Shown: positions 11,930-23,922, numbered from the stretch's first letter. The stretch: DNA of 64,000 nt from Piedraia hortae CBS 480.64 (GCA_010093745.1 MU005986.1:1-64000); one strand, 5' to 3'. The notes: generated by a model not told the origin, from the sequence alone. Numbers and translations: made by a program.

Positions 11930-13099
11930 ATGTCCAAGCGCAAGCGCCAGACCCGTCTACCCTTTACTCCTCTACCATCCAAGCCGTCCACATCCTCATC
12001 AACGAACAACCCCATCGAAGCAATCGAACTCTCCGACTCGCAAAGCGAGCAAAGCGAGCGCAGCGAGCGAAACAACCCCCCTTCCCACGACAAAGAAGAC
12101 GAAAGCGAAGAAGACATAATCCGCAGCGACCGCAAGCGCCTCCGCCGCTTTGCACCCTCCTCCCTTCATCAATCCACCGACCCAACAAGCGAGCGAAGCG
12201 AGTCTCTCCCCGACCCAAAAGACATATTGACCCACCAACCCTCTTCCTCCCCCCCTTCCTCCTTAAGTGACGAACTCTCCAACCTCGCCACTTCCTTACC
12301 CAGCAACATTCCAACCTCAACCCAAAATGCCCGAAACGCGCACAAAGCAGCCCTCGAAACACTCAAACGGCGCCGCGCAGGCGAACCATCTCCCTCCCCT
12401 CCAAGTACCTACGAATCGCCAGTCCTCCCGCTAGACACTTTATCACTCTCCCTCTCCGACCCTGACGGCTTCTCCTCCTCCTCCGGCGACGAGTCCTTCA
12501 TCTCAGACTCCTCAACCCTTGGCATCCCCTCAACCCTCATACCCCTCCAATTCACACGCACCGCGACGCTTCCCCCACGAGATCTCTTCACCAATATAAC
12601 CAGATCAATGGTCTACGAATCCCTCTCCGCACCCCTTGACGAGGGGGAGGAGGGGGTTGTAAAGCTTAGCTTGGATAAATTAGATGGGATTGTGGCTGGT
12701 TTGGCGGGGCGGTTTATTTCTTCGGCGTGGAGGGCGGGGTTTGTGGATGCGTTGAAGGCGGGGAGGGGGATGGGGGTTGAGAGTACGCCCCGAGGAGAGG
12801 GGTGTGAGGCTTGTGGGAGGGCGCATAATGCGAGGTGGAAAGTTAGTTTCGAAGGGGGAGATGAGGTCACGACATTTAGGGTGGGGAAGACGTGTTTGAG
12901 CAATGCGAGGGTGGCGCACGGGTTGGTGCATTGGAGGGGGAGATTGAGAGATAGAGTTGGGGGGTATGTTGGGAAGGTGCACGGGGGCGGGGCAGATGCG
13001 GAAGTGGTTTTTGAGGAGATGGTGGGGAATGGCATGGTGGAGAGGTTATGGCGTGGGTTCAAGAGGGGGTTGGATGAGGCGAGGGGGACGGTTGACTAG
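11930..13099 (+). CDS. DUF4211-like conserved fungal protein
   Basis: Starts MSKRKRQTRLPFTPL; low-complexity N-half. The C-half has SSAWRAGFVDALKA, CEACGR, VGKTCLSNARVAHGLVHWR. Confidence 0.65.
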   Translation: MSKRKRQTRLPFTPLPSKPSTSSSTNNPIEAIELSDSQSEQSERSERNNPPSHDKEDESEEDIIRSDRKRLRRFAPSSLHQSTDPTSERSESLPDPKDILTHQPSSSPPSSLSDELSNLATSLPSNIPTSTQNARNAHKAALETLKRRRAGEPSPSPPSTYESPVLPLDTLSLSLSDPDGFSSSSGDESFISDSSTLGIPSTLIPLQFTRTATLPPRDLFTNITRSMVYESLSAPLDEGEEGVVKLSLDKLDGIVAGLAGRFISSAWRAGFVDALKAGRGMGVESTPRGEGCEACGRAHNARWKVSFEGGDEVTTFRVGKTCLSNARVAHGLVHWRGRLRDRVGGYVGKVHGGGADAEVVFEEMVGNGMVERLWRGFKRGLDEARGTVD

Positions 13100-13144
13100 T
13101 TACTGGATAGGTACTGCATTTTGGACATGTTCATACATCTTTTG

Positions 13145-14065
13145 TTATAGAGCTTTCTCCTTTTGGAAAATATAATCCTCAAGCTTCCTCATGGCTCTGT
13201 TCGTCTGCTCTGCAAATGATAAAGTCAGGATTGTGTGTGGTAAGATGCGCGCGAGATGGGCAAAGAAGCCCTTATACACAGCCAATACGCCTTCTGTCTT
13301 GACCGTTCGCGCGAGACAGTTGAACGCTCCAGAGTATAGATCGCCAGTCTGGTTATACATCCGTGACATTACGGTATCTGGCGGGTGCATGAATATACAA
13401 ACGACGACGCCCGATGCGGCCGATGAAAGCAAATGCAGACGCGGCCCGTCAGACATGTCGAAGTGTTTCTGTAATTGTCGCTTCGCGAGGAAGTAAGTAG
13501 GTAATTGCACCGAAGACCCGAACCCCGTGCGAACCATGGCCGGGCCGACGCCACGGTAGAGTCCTTTGAAGCCCTCTGCAGAGTAGATTTTGCGGAGACC
13601 GTCCCAGGCAGAGGTGTATTGATGCTGGGTTCCAACGGGCCTAAAGGGTGAATATGACTGGAGACGGGTCTTGACGAGGAAGAAAGGCGAGCCGGCCATG
13701 GCGCCCATGATGCCTGACGATGCTCCAGCGAAGATGTTCACCGGGACGCTTTGGTATTTGGAGTCTTTGCCTAGGACTGCGTTGAGGGATTTGCGAAAGG
13801 GTTCGTAGAAGCCGAGACGGCAGCCGTTGAGCACCATCTGGTAGCAATAGGCGCAGCCGAGACCGCGCAAGAGACCGCGCATGCCTTCATTGGCATAGAT
13901 GACGGCGACGCCGTGAAAAACTCCTCGGTACAGCCGCGGCGCATTCGCCTGCAGCTCGCCCTGCAACTGCAGTCGGATCTTGACCGTTTCGAACGAGTGC
14001 GTCACGGTCACCGCCCCGCAGGCAGCCAGACCGCCCGCGACAAAGGATCCCAGTGTGGTTGACAT
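13145..14065 (-). CDS. OAC1: Mitochondrial oxaloacetate/sulfate carrier
   Basis: Three mitochondrial-carrier repeats (HSFETVKIRLQLQGE, SPFFLVKTRLQ, HPPDTVMSRMYNQ) and the OAC1-like motif YQMVLNGCRLGFYEP. Confidence 0.88.
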   Translation of the reverse strand: MSTTLGSFVAGGLAACGAVTVTHSFETVKIRLQLQGELQANAPRLYRGVFHGVAVIYANEGMRGLLRGLGCAYCYQMVLNGCRLGFYEPFRKSLNAVLGKDSKYQSVPVNIFAGASSGIMGAMAGSPFFLVKTRLQSYSPFRPVGTQHQYTSAWDGLRKIYSAEGFKGLYRGVGPAMVRTGFGSSVQLPTYFLAKRQLQKHFDMSDGPRLHLLSSAASGVVVCIFMHPPDTVMSRMYNQTGDLYSGAFNCLARTVKTEGVLAVYKGFFAHLARILPHTILTLSFAEQTNRAMRKLEDYIFQKEKAL

Positions 14066-14272
14066 GGCATGTTCTTTTGCTTTGGACGATCTACCCGGAT
14101 GTGATTGCTATTTCCCGACTTGTCATCTGCATCTGGTTGGTGTGAGGTGGACCTGTCATACCCGATAAAGCCTAGCGTAAAAGCCAGATGATCTAGCGCT
14201 TCCCCACCATGACCAAAAGTTCAACTGCATGCACCCCCCAAGACGTTAATGTAGACTGTAAAGTATCCTGCA

Positions 14273-15319
14273 ATGCCGCCAACATGCAAAATCAGCGACA
14301 TCGTTGCAACGTTCCGTCCGGCCAAAGCCTTCAGTCCCCCAAGTCCCTCCAACACCCACATATCCATGGACTTTGACGACACGGGCGAGTTCCTCTTGCT
14401 CTCCCGCACCGACGATACGCTACAGCTCTACAACACAGCGGCGGGGGCACACGCAAAGGAGCTTAAATCCCACAAATATGGATGCGCACTGGCACGGTTC
14501 ACACACCATGCGCCGAGCATCATCTACGCGAGCACAAAGGTAGACGATGGCATCCGTTACCTCAGCATGCACGACAACAGCTTCATTCGCTACTTTCGCG
14601 GCCACGAAGACAGGGTCACGTGTTTGGCTGTGAACCCGAGTAAGGATCAGTTCCTCAGCGCCGCGCGGGATAATACGGTGCGCATCTGGGATGCCCGCTC
14701 CACGACTGCCATTGGTCTCATGGCATTTGACGGTCTGCGTCTCTGCGCATACGATCCTAGTGCGTGCGTTATTGCCGTCGCCGCCCCCGCCGCTCAGCTA
14801 GTTGTGCTGTACGACTTGAAGAACTTTGATAAGCCGCCGTTTGCGACGTTTGACTTGAGAGAGATTGAGAAGAAGTGCGGAAACGGAAACGGAGGGGCAT
14901 GGACTGGCATGGAGTTTGCCAATAACGGTCAGACAATTCTCGTCACGACAAATGGGGCAGGGCACTATCTGATTGATGCCTTTAATGGAGATTTGCGAAG
15001 GTATCTGCGCCGACCCTCGGGCCCAAACGGCCTGGCTGCACCCGTAGATCCCTTGCCCAAGGAACTGCCGTCGTATTGCCAGGCCGATGCTGCCCTGGCA
15101 CCGGATGGAAGGTTCGTTATCGGTGGAAACGGGAAGAAGCCGGGTCTCCTAGTCTGGGATACAAACGCTCCTGCCCAAGATGCCGTCGGCGGCCTACTTC
15201 CCACCAGTGAGCTGCCATGTACAACCACGGCAAAAGTCGCAGTGTACAATCCCCGATATAACCTCCTCGCAAGCGCCGATAGGGACGTGATGCTGTGGCA
15301 GCCAGATGCAGATGTGTAG
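14273..15319 (+). CDS. SWD2: WD40 protein, COMPASS/CPF component Swd2 (WDR82)
   Basis: Motifs LKSHKYGCALARFTH, IRYLSMHDNSFIRYFRGH and YDLKNFDKPPFATF. Confidence 0.9.
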   Translation: MPPTCKISDIVATFRPAKAFSPPSPSNTHISMDFDDTGEFLLLSRTDDTLQLYNTAAGAHAKELKSHKYGCALARFTHHAPSIIYASTKVDDGIRYLSMHDNSFIRYFRGHEDRVTCLAVNPSKDQFLSAARDNTVRIWDARSTTAIGLMAFDGLRLCAYDPSACVIAVAAPAAQLVVLYDLKNFDKPPFATFDLREIEKKCGNGNGGAWTGMEFANNGQTILVTTNGAGHYLIDAFNGDLRRYLRRPSGPNGLAAPVDPLPKELPSYCQADAALAPDGRFVIGGNGKKPGLLVWDTNAPAQDAVGGLLPTSELPCTTTAKVAVYNPRYNLLASADRDVMLWQPDADV

Positions 15320-15360
15320 TGGGTAATGTATAATGTCATGTTAAAAAAAAAAAAAAATCA

Positions 15361-17309
15361 TCATAAGGCGCCATATGCCCTGCTAATCTCCATACTCCGA
15401 TTGACCCTTCCTCCAGGCGTCAGCGGGACATTAACCCGGCCGCCTGGTGATGTGGCGTATTGTGCATAACCCTCATCGTCCGATTCATTATTGTACACTG
15501 CTCTCATGCGGCCAAAGTAATCTTCCAGACCGTGCGTCGGACTGGCTATATCTGCATAATTTGGCGGAGGTGTCATCAGCATTGGTGGTGGAGCCTCGGC
15601 GTCAAACGCCGGTGGTTGATACGAAGGAGCTCGAAGCAGATGCACCGGTCGTGTTCGTTCCTCTATGCCCGGAATGTGCGCAGCCGAAGGAAGTGCAAGC
15701 ACAGAACCTTCTGGAGGGGCCTCTGGCGATCTACGTGCATCGGGACAACCGCAACCATACAGTGGTGCACTGCTGCCGCTCGAAGAGGGACTGCTATATG
15801 CTGGCAGAAACATGTTTGCCTGCGTTGCTCGACACGACAAAATCTGTAACGGCGAGTCAATGGCAATTTCAAAATGCCTCCGCTTGCCGGGCACCTGTTC
15901 GTCTGCCCTTGATAGCCGCAGCAGAATCTATTACGTCAGTTACATGTTTCTTTGCTCAATGGATACCATACCTTTATCCAGTGCCGTACCACAATGTTCT
16001 CATACGTCGTGTCCGGATGCAGTCGCTGTCTGGGGTCCCTTTTCATGGACTTGCAACTGGGCAATTGCACGTTAAATTCCATTTCGGTTGGCCCAACGTT
16101 TTCGTTGCCTTCCAGGTCTCCAAAGATGTTCGTTGCTGAGGTCATGACACTTTCGCCTCTTGCTGCCCGTGCACGCATATTATGTGGCACGCCCCCACCC
16201 GCCGTGATACGCAGCGTACTGCCAGGGACAGCACTGGTCGGCAGTGAATCCGCCCGTTTCTCGAAGAGTTGGATTTTTCGAGGTGATTCGTTCCGGTGCC
16301 GGTGCACTCGATCTTTGGCACTATAGTATTCAACGCTTTCCGTTAGCAACACCCGAATGCGGTGGCATTGCACTTTTGCAAGAGGTGTTAGTTTGAAAGC
16401 CACGGGCACCTGCGACCCTAGGGGAAAGCTCTTCCCGGATATAATAATATCGTAGTGCAGCTGGTCCTCCCACATACGGCTGATTGCAATAGGCTCAACA
16501 GTTTCGAGCGAGCCTTCTGCAGGCACACGAATCACGGGAACCTCCAAATTCCTGAGAACATTCGTCTTGAAAGCACCCGCTCGAGCCACTTCTGCCACGA
16601 GCTCATACTTGACCGAGCCTGATTCGACATTTATTGACTCGGGCAAGTGGTTGTCTAGAGGATGCTCGAAGCTATAAATGTAGTATCCGGGCAGGAACAC
16701 TCGGTATCCTTTGGCTGGCGCCTGACTTTCGTCTTTTGTAGGGCTGCGGTATTGTCCGACCGTCAGGGAGAGCCTCTTGGCCTCCCTTAGACTGAGATTA
16801 GAGAGCGAAACAGTGGACGTTGAACGCTCGACCGGATCAGCAATGGGCGTGACCGTCGTCCTTGCGTCATCTTCGCCATCGAGCAGTCGTACTTGATCAG
16901 CATTCGTCCCACGTTTCTCATTGTGAAGCACCGGGTCGAACAGTGGCCAGGTATGCGTCCAAAATTCATGATTCTCGTCTAAGCTGGTTTTCCGTGAAGA
17001 GATACTTTCAGACCACTGAATTACAGCCTTCCCCGTGAATTTCAAGGAAATTGCTTTGATTTTGCAGCGTTTCGTAACTTTTACATGCAAAGCACCCCGC
17101 AGCATCGAGGTTGAGGCTTGTGGTTCAGAGCCTTGTAAGAATATAGCAGGCTCGGTTAGATCAATAGTAACTGTGACTTCATTGCTAATAGCGCCCGGCT
17201 TCTCCGCCATCCAGTCGGGGGCAAATGGGAAATGAGCGTTCTGCATCTTCAGCCCAGCCGGTGCCAATCGCGGCCGCATGCCAGGCCTGCTGCCGTCACT
17301 CGTTCTCAT
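15361..17309 (-). CDS. Alpha-arrestin (Aly1/Aly2-like Rsp5 adaptor); intron 15971-15928
   Basis: Arrestin-N and arrestin-C motifs (LTEPAIFLQG, LPESINVESGSVKYEL, WEDQLHYDIII, PLAKVQCHRI). The 44-nt intron joins HWIK to ILLRLS...RRHFEIAIDSP. PY-type motifs LPAY and PPNY in the tail. Start codon uncertain. Confidence 0.82.
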
Positions 17310-18147
17310 GACATAGAAGGGGAAGGAAAGTGATGGAGAGGTTTTGGTGGGGGATCATTGCATCACCGTGACCAGGAACCCTGCCTGCCTGTCTGCCTGC
17401 CTGCATCTTCTTCGGCTCCACTATCGTGCATGGCGCCATGCCGACGGCTGTTCCTCGGGAATCCTCTTTACTCTGTGAACGTGATAATTCAACTGGGAAA
17501 GTGGCAATGGCGAGAAAGCCTGTCTTCAGAAAGGCTTCCTTTACAGTTTGAATACCTTTTGTCTTTGCCTTTGGCCCCTTGGCTGGCCTCGGCTTGTCCC
17601 GACTAGATCTATGTATTAATCTATTGTCGCCATCACATGGCCATCATTTTTGCAGGGAACATGTGTATTCCAAGGACCTGGTCGACGTCATGTCAGCCAA
17701 TCGCTAGTCGTTAGCGCGGAAAAATCTGTAGCTAGTAAATCCGTACAGGGGCGAGCATCGGATCAGATGCATGTACGCTGAAACGGGTTGCGCTCTGCAT
17801 TGCTGACACGTACCCGGTAGATAGAGCTTCATGTTCGAACCTTCACATCACTGCGATTTAAACCCTATCATACCACCTTGGAGTGGAAGGATGGTCCTGA
17901 CGGAAGAAGTTGTCTACTAGAAAGAAAGTTGCAACGTGCCAGTCAAATTTGAGCGAGAAGCAGCCATAATATTACAGCCCGGTATCAGCATGTCAGCCGC
18001 AGTGGGTTGTGCAATAAGTTATTCGCAAGCACAGCCGAGGCCACAATCACAACAAGGGTTATGAATCGACGTACCCTAGCAGTGCGGGGGCGGGGTGTCC
18101 ATGTCCCAAAATAGACAAGTCACAGTTATTTCAGGGTATTGACATTT

Positions 18148-18170
18148 GACGCGACGCGCGACGCGCGACG
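18148..18170. promoter_or_regulatory. Tandem GACGCG(CG) MCB-like elements upstream of the Dpb11/Rad4-like gene
   Basis: gacgcgacgcgcgacgcgcgacg about 20 nt before ATG 18190; CGCG cores are the MBF (Mbp1) binding core in replication-gene promoters. Confidence 0.45.
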
Positions 18171-18189
18171 AATTTACCGCCTAATCGCA

Positions 18190-20584
18190 ATGTCCGACCG
18201 GAACGATGGTAGGTTGCAGGCATGATAAGTGACTTGTCTAACACGGCGTCAGATGACCAGCTTCCGCCGCTCAAAGGCGTCATCATCTGTTTCACGGGGA
18301 TTGGACGGGAAGTGCGCGTAAGTGAATCGCGTTGCTGTCACCGTCAGATCAACTGACAACGATCCAGGAAAAACTGTCCGATGTGACATCCCAACTGGGC
18401 GCCATCAACTGTCTGGATTTAACCAACGATGTCACCCACCTCATCGCCGCGGACTTGACAACGCCCAAATACCGCTTCGTTGCAAAGGCGCGCCCGGATG
18501 TTAAAGTTGTGCACCAAGAGTGGGTCAAGGCTGTACGGCAGGCATGGATTGATGGCGGGGACGTTGATCTAGAAGCGCTGACGACGCGACACCGCCTGGG
18601 AGCACTGCACGGGCTGAAGATATGCACTACGGGCTTCGATCATGTTGAAGAACGTAAAGCCATTGCGGAGATTGTGCAGCAGCATGGAGCAACGTATGCG
18701 GCCTCGTTGAACGTGTCGGTCACCCATCTCATCGCGCGCATTCCATCCGGCGCCAAATATTCGTGCGGCAAGCAATGGGGTACGACCATAGTCTCGCCCA
18801 AGTGGCTCGAGCAGAGCATCCAGCGCGGGATGGCGCTGGACGAGAACCTTTTCGACCCGGTCATGCCGGAAGAAAAGCAGGGCGTAGGCGCTTTTGTGTC
18901 GGAAAGGGAATTTCGAGCCAGACTGGGCAAACGGATGCGTGAGAATGTGGCTGAGGAGGGAACCAGGAAGCTACGACGAACTGCCAGTGCACGACTCAGC
19001 ACCCAGAGTCAAAGTTTATGGCAGGATATTGCTTCTAAAGAGCCGGAAAACCCCATAGTTGACCGCAAGCCGCGCTCGTCCATACAAGTCAGGCGATCGG
19101 AGATCTTTCAACCGCCTACCAAGTCACAAATGCAAGAGAAACTGTTCACCGGGATTTATGTCTTGATTCGGGGTTTTCCGGATGATAAAGCCGGCAGACT
19201 AAAGGCTTTCCTGAAGCCCAACGGCGCTACTCTTGTGGAGTCCGCCAGCGAGCTGGAACTGGCATCTGAACGGCAATTTTTCCAGAAGAGATATCTCATG
19301 GTTCCGCACACCAACAATGAGGAGGCCGAGGACATGCCGGCTGATACTCAGCAAGTGACGCAATGGTGGTTGGAGCGGTGCATCCATTACAATTGCCAAT
19401 ACGATCCGCTGCAGGATGTGTTGAGTCGGCCGCTTGGCGGTGCAAAAAATGCCACCTTTTCCGGGCTCAAGGTGACAATGACAGGCTTTAGCGGTGTTGA
19501 CCTCCGACAAGCAGCAGGAGCAGTCAATCTGGTTGGGGCTGAATATGTAGACGTTCTGACGCCGTCCAGCTCCGTCCTTGTGTGCGGCTCAAGCACCGTC
19601 AAGGAGGAGAAGGCCTATTACGCCGCAAAGCACAAGATACCTCTCGTTTCGGCAGAGTGGCTGTGGGAGTGTTTAAAAGAGAAGAAGAAGCTTCCGTTTG
19701 AGCGGTTCAAGATGTCGTTGAGTGTCAATCCCAGCGGGCAAAAGTCGGTGCAGAGTTCACGGCAGCCTATGCAGGGCTCTAGACAGCCTGTGCAAAGTTC
19801 CAGGCAGTCTATGCCTAGTGCCAGGCAAGCCTCGCAAAGCTTCAACCTCAGCCGGCCACCGTCGCAGAGCGGGTTGAGATGTGAAGCCAGTGCCGAGCCG
19901 AAACGGGTGTCGAAGCTGCGACAGCAAAGCAAGCCACCCTCTCTTCCTGTTGAAACAAAAACCTCAACCAAACCCGTAATACCCCAAGAGAACGTCACCC
20001 GCCAGGGCCCCTTCTTACTCGACGATGACGATGATGACATTCCACCCTGCGATGCTCCTCCTGAACCCACTATGGAGCCGATGCAGCCACTCCAAGAAAT
20101 CTCCTCCAACCATTCTAGGCGGGAGCAAAAGGAAGAGGAAGAAGAGAGCTGTGAGAGCGAGTCCCGACCTAGAGAAATCCTCACTGCGAATCTTTTCTCT
20201 TTGCTACAAAATCAACCTAGTGAAGCATCTCTACCCAGCAAGCGCAAGCAAAGACCATTAGGCCGCGCACTGAGCGGAATAAGCAACCGCTCAGCGCCAG
20301 CGTCCCTGCCGCCTGCTGAAGGCGAAAATGCAGCGCAACCTGCAACAATTGGAGAAGAGAGTAGCACCACGCCAGTGGAAATCCCACTTCCAGCTGGCAC
20401 GCAGCTGGGATATGAAAACGTCGGTGCGGCAGAACATCGACAATTTCTCGAGCAGCGAATGAAGATCAAGTTGGACGGAGGTTCGAGTGGGCAGGTTGAA
20501 AGGTTGGGTATGGTTAAAGATTGTGGTGCTATAGAGGGAACAGGAGTAGCTGGTAGGGTACGTGGACGGAGGGCTAAAGCTTGA
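18190..20584 (+). CDS. DPB11: Multi-BRCT replication-initiation/checkpoint protein (Dpb11/Rad4-Cut5/TOPBP1 family); two short 5' introns
   Basis: Four BRCT-like repeats (LKGVIICFTG, VTHLIAADLTTPKYR..WV, GLKICTTGF..VTHLIA..KWLEQS, GLKVTMTGFSG..AEWLWEC). Introns gtaggt..cag and gtaagt..cag restore the frame. Confidence 0.82.
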
Positions 20585-20652
20585 TATACACGTTGATATG
20601 AAGAAACGATTACTGTGCACTCGGACGAAGAGGTATATACACCTACCGATCA

Positions 20653-23600
20653 TTAATCCTCAATCTCATCCCCCTCCACCTCCAACCTCTCCTCCTCCGG
20701 TACGGGAATAGCATTGTCCCTCCTTCCCCTCCCTCTCTTACCCCCATTAACAACCCTCTTCTTGACTCCATCCTCCAAGAACGCAAGCACAGCTTTATAA
20801 TTCGCCCCCAACCGCGCCTTATTCCTCGTGACCCTCTCCCTCACCTTAGTGGCCTTCTCTTGCGAAAACACCCCCGCGAGGAGGGCAAACACAATCTTTC
20901 CCGTCAGAGCGCAAAGCCTTTGTTCCGCCAACAGCGGTTTCAGCACCTCATCCTCTTCTTCCTCCTCCTCCTCCTCCTCCTCCTGCTCCTCCCCCTCCCC
21001 CTCCTGCTGATCCTCCTCCCCCTCCTCCTCCTCCTCCCCAACCTCAAGCCCCTTCCCCGCCAACTCCGCAAACCTCTTCTCCACCGCGCCAAAACACTTC
21101 ATCACCAACCCGGCCGTCTGATCATCCATCTCCCCCGCCAAAACGATATAATCATCCATTAACCCCGGAAGGGGCTCGATCGCCGTGAGCGTCGCCGCGG
21201 AGATGAACATCTCCACCATCGTCCCCGTCAACTCCGTTGCTCTTACCCCACCCACGGATCCCAGCGTCGTCTTCAACGTCTCCACAAGTGCATCCCTCCT
21301 AACCGCGAGTTTTTCGAGTTTCGAATCTTCGATTCCCGCACTCCCGGGTGTAGTCATCGCTTCAGTAATGGCTTTAAACTGCCATTGGAAGTACAGCAGT
21401 GCGGCCGTCGCGGCGCGGGAGGAGATATTATCCTCCGCGAGGGAGTCTTCAGCGTCGAGGGTGGTGGAGGAGGCGTGCTTCGCGCGTGAGATGAGTTGTG
21501 TGAGGGTGTCGATTATGCACCCCTTTTCGCCTTGGGTGTCGCCTTCGGCTCCGGCTGCAGTTTCCAGCTCAAACGGCCCTGAGCAGTCCGCCACGTTCGC
21601 GAGCCGGACGATGCGGAGGAGAGTATTGTTCAGTGCGACGAGTTCTTCGGATGTAGACACCCCGCGAACGCTTACCGTCTTCGGGTCGGTCAACAGCTCG
21701 TTCAGATCGCCGATGATTTCCTCCCAGAGGGAGGATACCTTCTCGCTCGTGAGGTCGTGGAGTTCGTTCTGAGACTGGGCATGCAGAAGGGCGTTACTGG
21801 CGGGTAAGAGGACGCTATCGCTTCCGTGAGACATGAACTGTTTCCGCACGTCGTCGAGGAGGGAGGCATATGTTCCCGCGTCGTGGGGAAGGGATTGTAA
21901 GCCTGGGAGGGAGAAGATTGTCTCGATGCGGAGAATGGATGATGCTGTTGCGGGCACGTCGCCGTACTTTTTCAATAGTTTGGGGATTATGGCGGTTAGG
22001 TGCCGGACGGAGGACTCTTGGTCTTCTCCCAGTCGTTCTTTTTTGCGCTTCGCGCGCCCGGTGCTGGTTAGTCGCTCCGCGGTTTCGGTGAATGAGCGCC
22101 GGATGCTGGTGTATAGGACTTGGAGGAGGATGGATTCCTCGTTCTCGGTTAGGACGCTGGCGCGTATGAGCTGAAGTAAGGCCCCGTCCGCGTCGGACTG
22201 CTTGCGGGTTGAGTGGTCGAAGAGGAGGTAGCCCGCGAGATGGCGCCATTCTTGCACTTCTTCGAGGTGTGGGTATAGGGCATCTGCTGCGAGGGAGAAG
22301 CGTGATTCGCCGCCGCTGATGTGCAGGATTAGGCTCTTGTCCCGGTTGCGTTCGACGCCGTTGGGGAGTTCCTCGCCTTGGTCGTATGCGTGGAGGAGTT
22401 CGGTGAGGAATTTGTATTTCAGCCAGGCTGTGCGCGGGGAGGAGAAGTCGTCTTCGTCGACCTCTGGGAGTTCTTCTTCCAGAAGGCTGACGCCCCCGAG
22501 AGAGTCAATGGCCCCGTTGTAGGCGTCTTCTACATTGGCTACAAAGAATGCGGCCACGGCCTTGCGAATGCGGGCTTCTGTGTCGTAGATTAATTTGCCT
22601 ACGACATCGATGTCGTCGGGTTCAAGCAGACCATCTTCCCTGAGGACGTTTAATAGGTCAATTGCAGACACACGTACGTTGATCTCAGCGTCTGCTGTTG
22701 CAATCTCGACCATGCGACTGCGGAATTTTTCGGTAAAGGACTTCAACCCGCCCAGCTTATCTTTATCGGTATAGAGTCTGTGCAGCTGCCGCAGGACTTC
22801 GCCTCGAGTAGCTGCCGACGGATCGCTGAGGAGCCAGCCCAGGTAACGGAGATGGCCACCATCGAAGAAAACGTCGGGCAGGGTGACGATCCAGTCGCCC
22901 AAAGCCTCAACACAGTCGCGGCGGATTGCAGGATCAACATCGCGATAACGGTGGATGAAAATAACCTCAAACCAGTCCTCCAGCTGCGGCTCCAGAAACT
23001 CTTGCGCTTCTCCCGCCTTCTTTGCCTTTCGCTGCAACTCCTTGACGCGCGCTGTGTTGTGCTTCTTCTTCTTCTTTTCCGTCTCGGCGTGGCGCTGGTA
23101 ATTCGAGATGCTCCGCGCATTTTCCTTCGCTACCTGACATAGGGCAGTGATAATGCCCAGTGCCGCGACGGTCCCCGTGTGCCTAAACGAGCGGTTCGGA
23201 ACTGAAGACATGGCAGATATCCAGATTTGGATGTTCTCCAAGAGCACCGATTCGTTGTAGAGGATTTCACTGACCGATAGCGCTCTGATCAGCGTTGCAA
23301 ACATATCTGTCAGGGCCTCCCTGGTTGTTGCCGCGATCTTGGACTTTGCAATGAGCGGGTATTGCGTCGGCTGCGTGGCCTGGTAAGCTTCCCGGATATC
23401 GTCCAGCCTGTTTGGGGCGCCGTCTGGGTCTTCAATGTCGTGGTCAGTCACTCTCTCAGCGCATCCGGCGCACTGCAGGGTAAAATTGACCACTTCGGCC
23501 AGCGCAGACGACTCGTGGTCGCGGAAACGGCCGAGCCATGCGCCGATGATATCGTCCAAAGAGCTGCCACCGCTGAATGTCTCAGTATACAATCTACCGG

Positions 23601-23922
23601 CGTCTGCGGCGTCGGCTTCATCAATCGTCTGCTTGGTCTTCTTCCGCGGTCGTCCCTTGGGCTTTGTAGATCGAAACGGAAGAGTCGCAACCGTTTTTGC
23701 CTTTTTCGACGCCGATTTTTTTGGAGTAGGTTTCTTCCTTTCCCAGTCATCGTCTTCCGTTGCTTCCTCTTCCTCTTCAGAGGCATTGTTTTCTTCTTCC
23801 AAAGACTCTTCCTCGGCCGCTTCTTCCTGATTGCGCTTGCGCTTGGTCCCGCTGGCAACCGGGCTGGACGCATAGCTCTGCACCGGCTTGGATACGCGTC
23901 TGGACGATCGTCTTGTACTCAT
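20653..23922 (-). CDS. IRR1: Cohesin HEAT subunit Scc3/Psc3 (STAG domain)
   Basis: Motifs RSFRHTGT, IFIHRYRDVDPAIRRDC, YLGWLLSDP and FTEKFRSRMVEIA; single exon, 1089 aa. Confidence 0.92.
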   Translation of the reverse strand: MSTRRSSRRVSKPVQSYASSPVASGTKRKRNQEEAAEEESLEEENNASEEEEEATEDDDWERKKPTPKKSASKKAKTVATLPFRSTKPKGRPRKKTKQTIDEADAADAGRLYTETFSGGSSLDDIIGAWLGRFRDHESSALAEVVNFTLQCAGCAERVTDHDIEDPDGAPNRLDDIREAYQATQPTQYPLIAKSKIAATTREALTDMFATLIRALSVSEILYNESVLLENIQIWISAMSSVPNRSFRHTGTVAALGIITALCQVAKENARSISNYQRHAETEKKKKKHNTARVKELQRKAKKAGEAQEFLEPQLEDWFEVIFIHRYRDVDPAIRRDCVEALGDWIVTLPDVFFDGGHLRYLGWLLSDPSAATRGEVLRQLHRLYTDKDKLGGLKSFTEKFRSRMVEIATADAEINVRVSAIDLLNVLREDGLLEPDDIDVVGKLIYDTEARIRKAVAAFFVANVEDAYNGAIDSLGGVSLLEEELPEVDEDDFSSPRTAWLKYKFLTELLHAYDQGEELPNGVERNRDKSLILHISGGESRFSLAADALYPHLEEVQEWRHLAGYLLFDHSTRKQSDADGALLQLIRASVLTENEESILLQVLYTSIRRSFTETAERLTSTGRAKRKKERLGEDQESSVRHLTAIIPKLLKKYGDVPATASSILRIETIFSLPGLQSLPHDAGTYASLLDDVRKQFMSHGSDSVLLPASNALLHAQSQNELHDLTSEKVSSLWEEIIGDLNELLTDPKTVSVRGVSTSEELVALNNTLLRIVRLANVADCSGPFELETAAGAEGDTQGEKGCIIDTLTQLISRAKHASSTTLDAEDSLAEDNISSRAATAALLYFQWQFKAITEAMTTPGSAGIEDSKLEKLAVRRDALVETLKTTLGSVGGVRATELTGTMVEMFISAATLTAIEPLPGLMDDYIVLAGEMDDQTAGLVMKCFGAVEKRFAELAGKGLEVGEEEEEGEEDQQEGEGEEQEEEEEEEEEEDEVLKPLLAEQRLCALTGKIVFALLAGVFSQEKATKVRERVTRNKARLGANYKAVLAFLEDGVKKRVVNGGKRGRGRRDNAIPVPEEERLEVEGDEIED

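Noticed and set aside
15343..15357. Poly-A run between convergent SWD2 and arrestin stop codons
   Set aside because: No TSD or retro-element body; a simple homopolymer in a shared 3' region.
19750..19835. 21-nt QSSRQP repeats in the BRCT protein and duplicated ASTVANA(V/I)GLGGSNT in the DUF4449 tail
   Set aside because: Ordinary short coding duplications in disordered tails.
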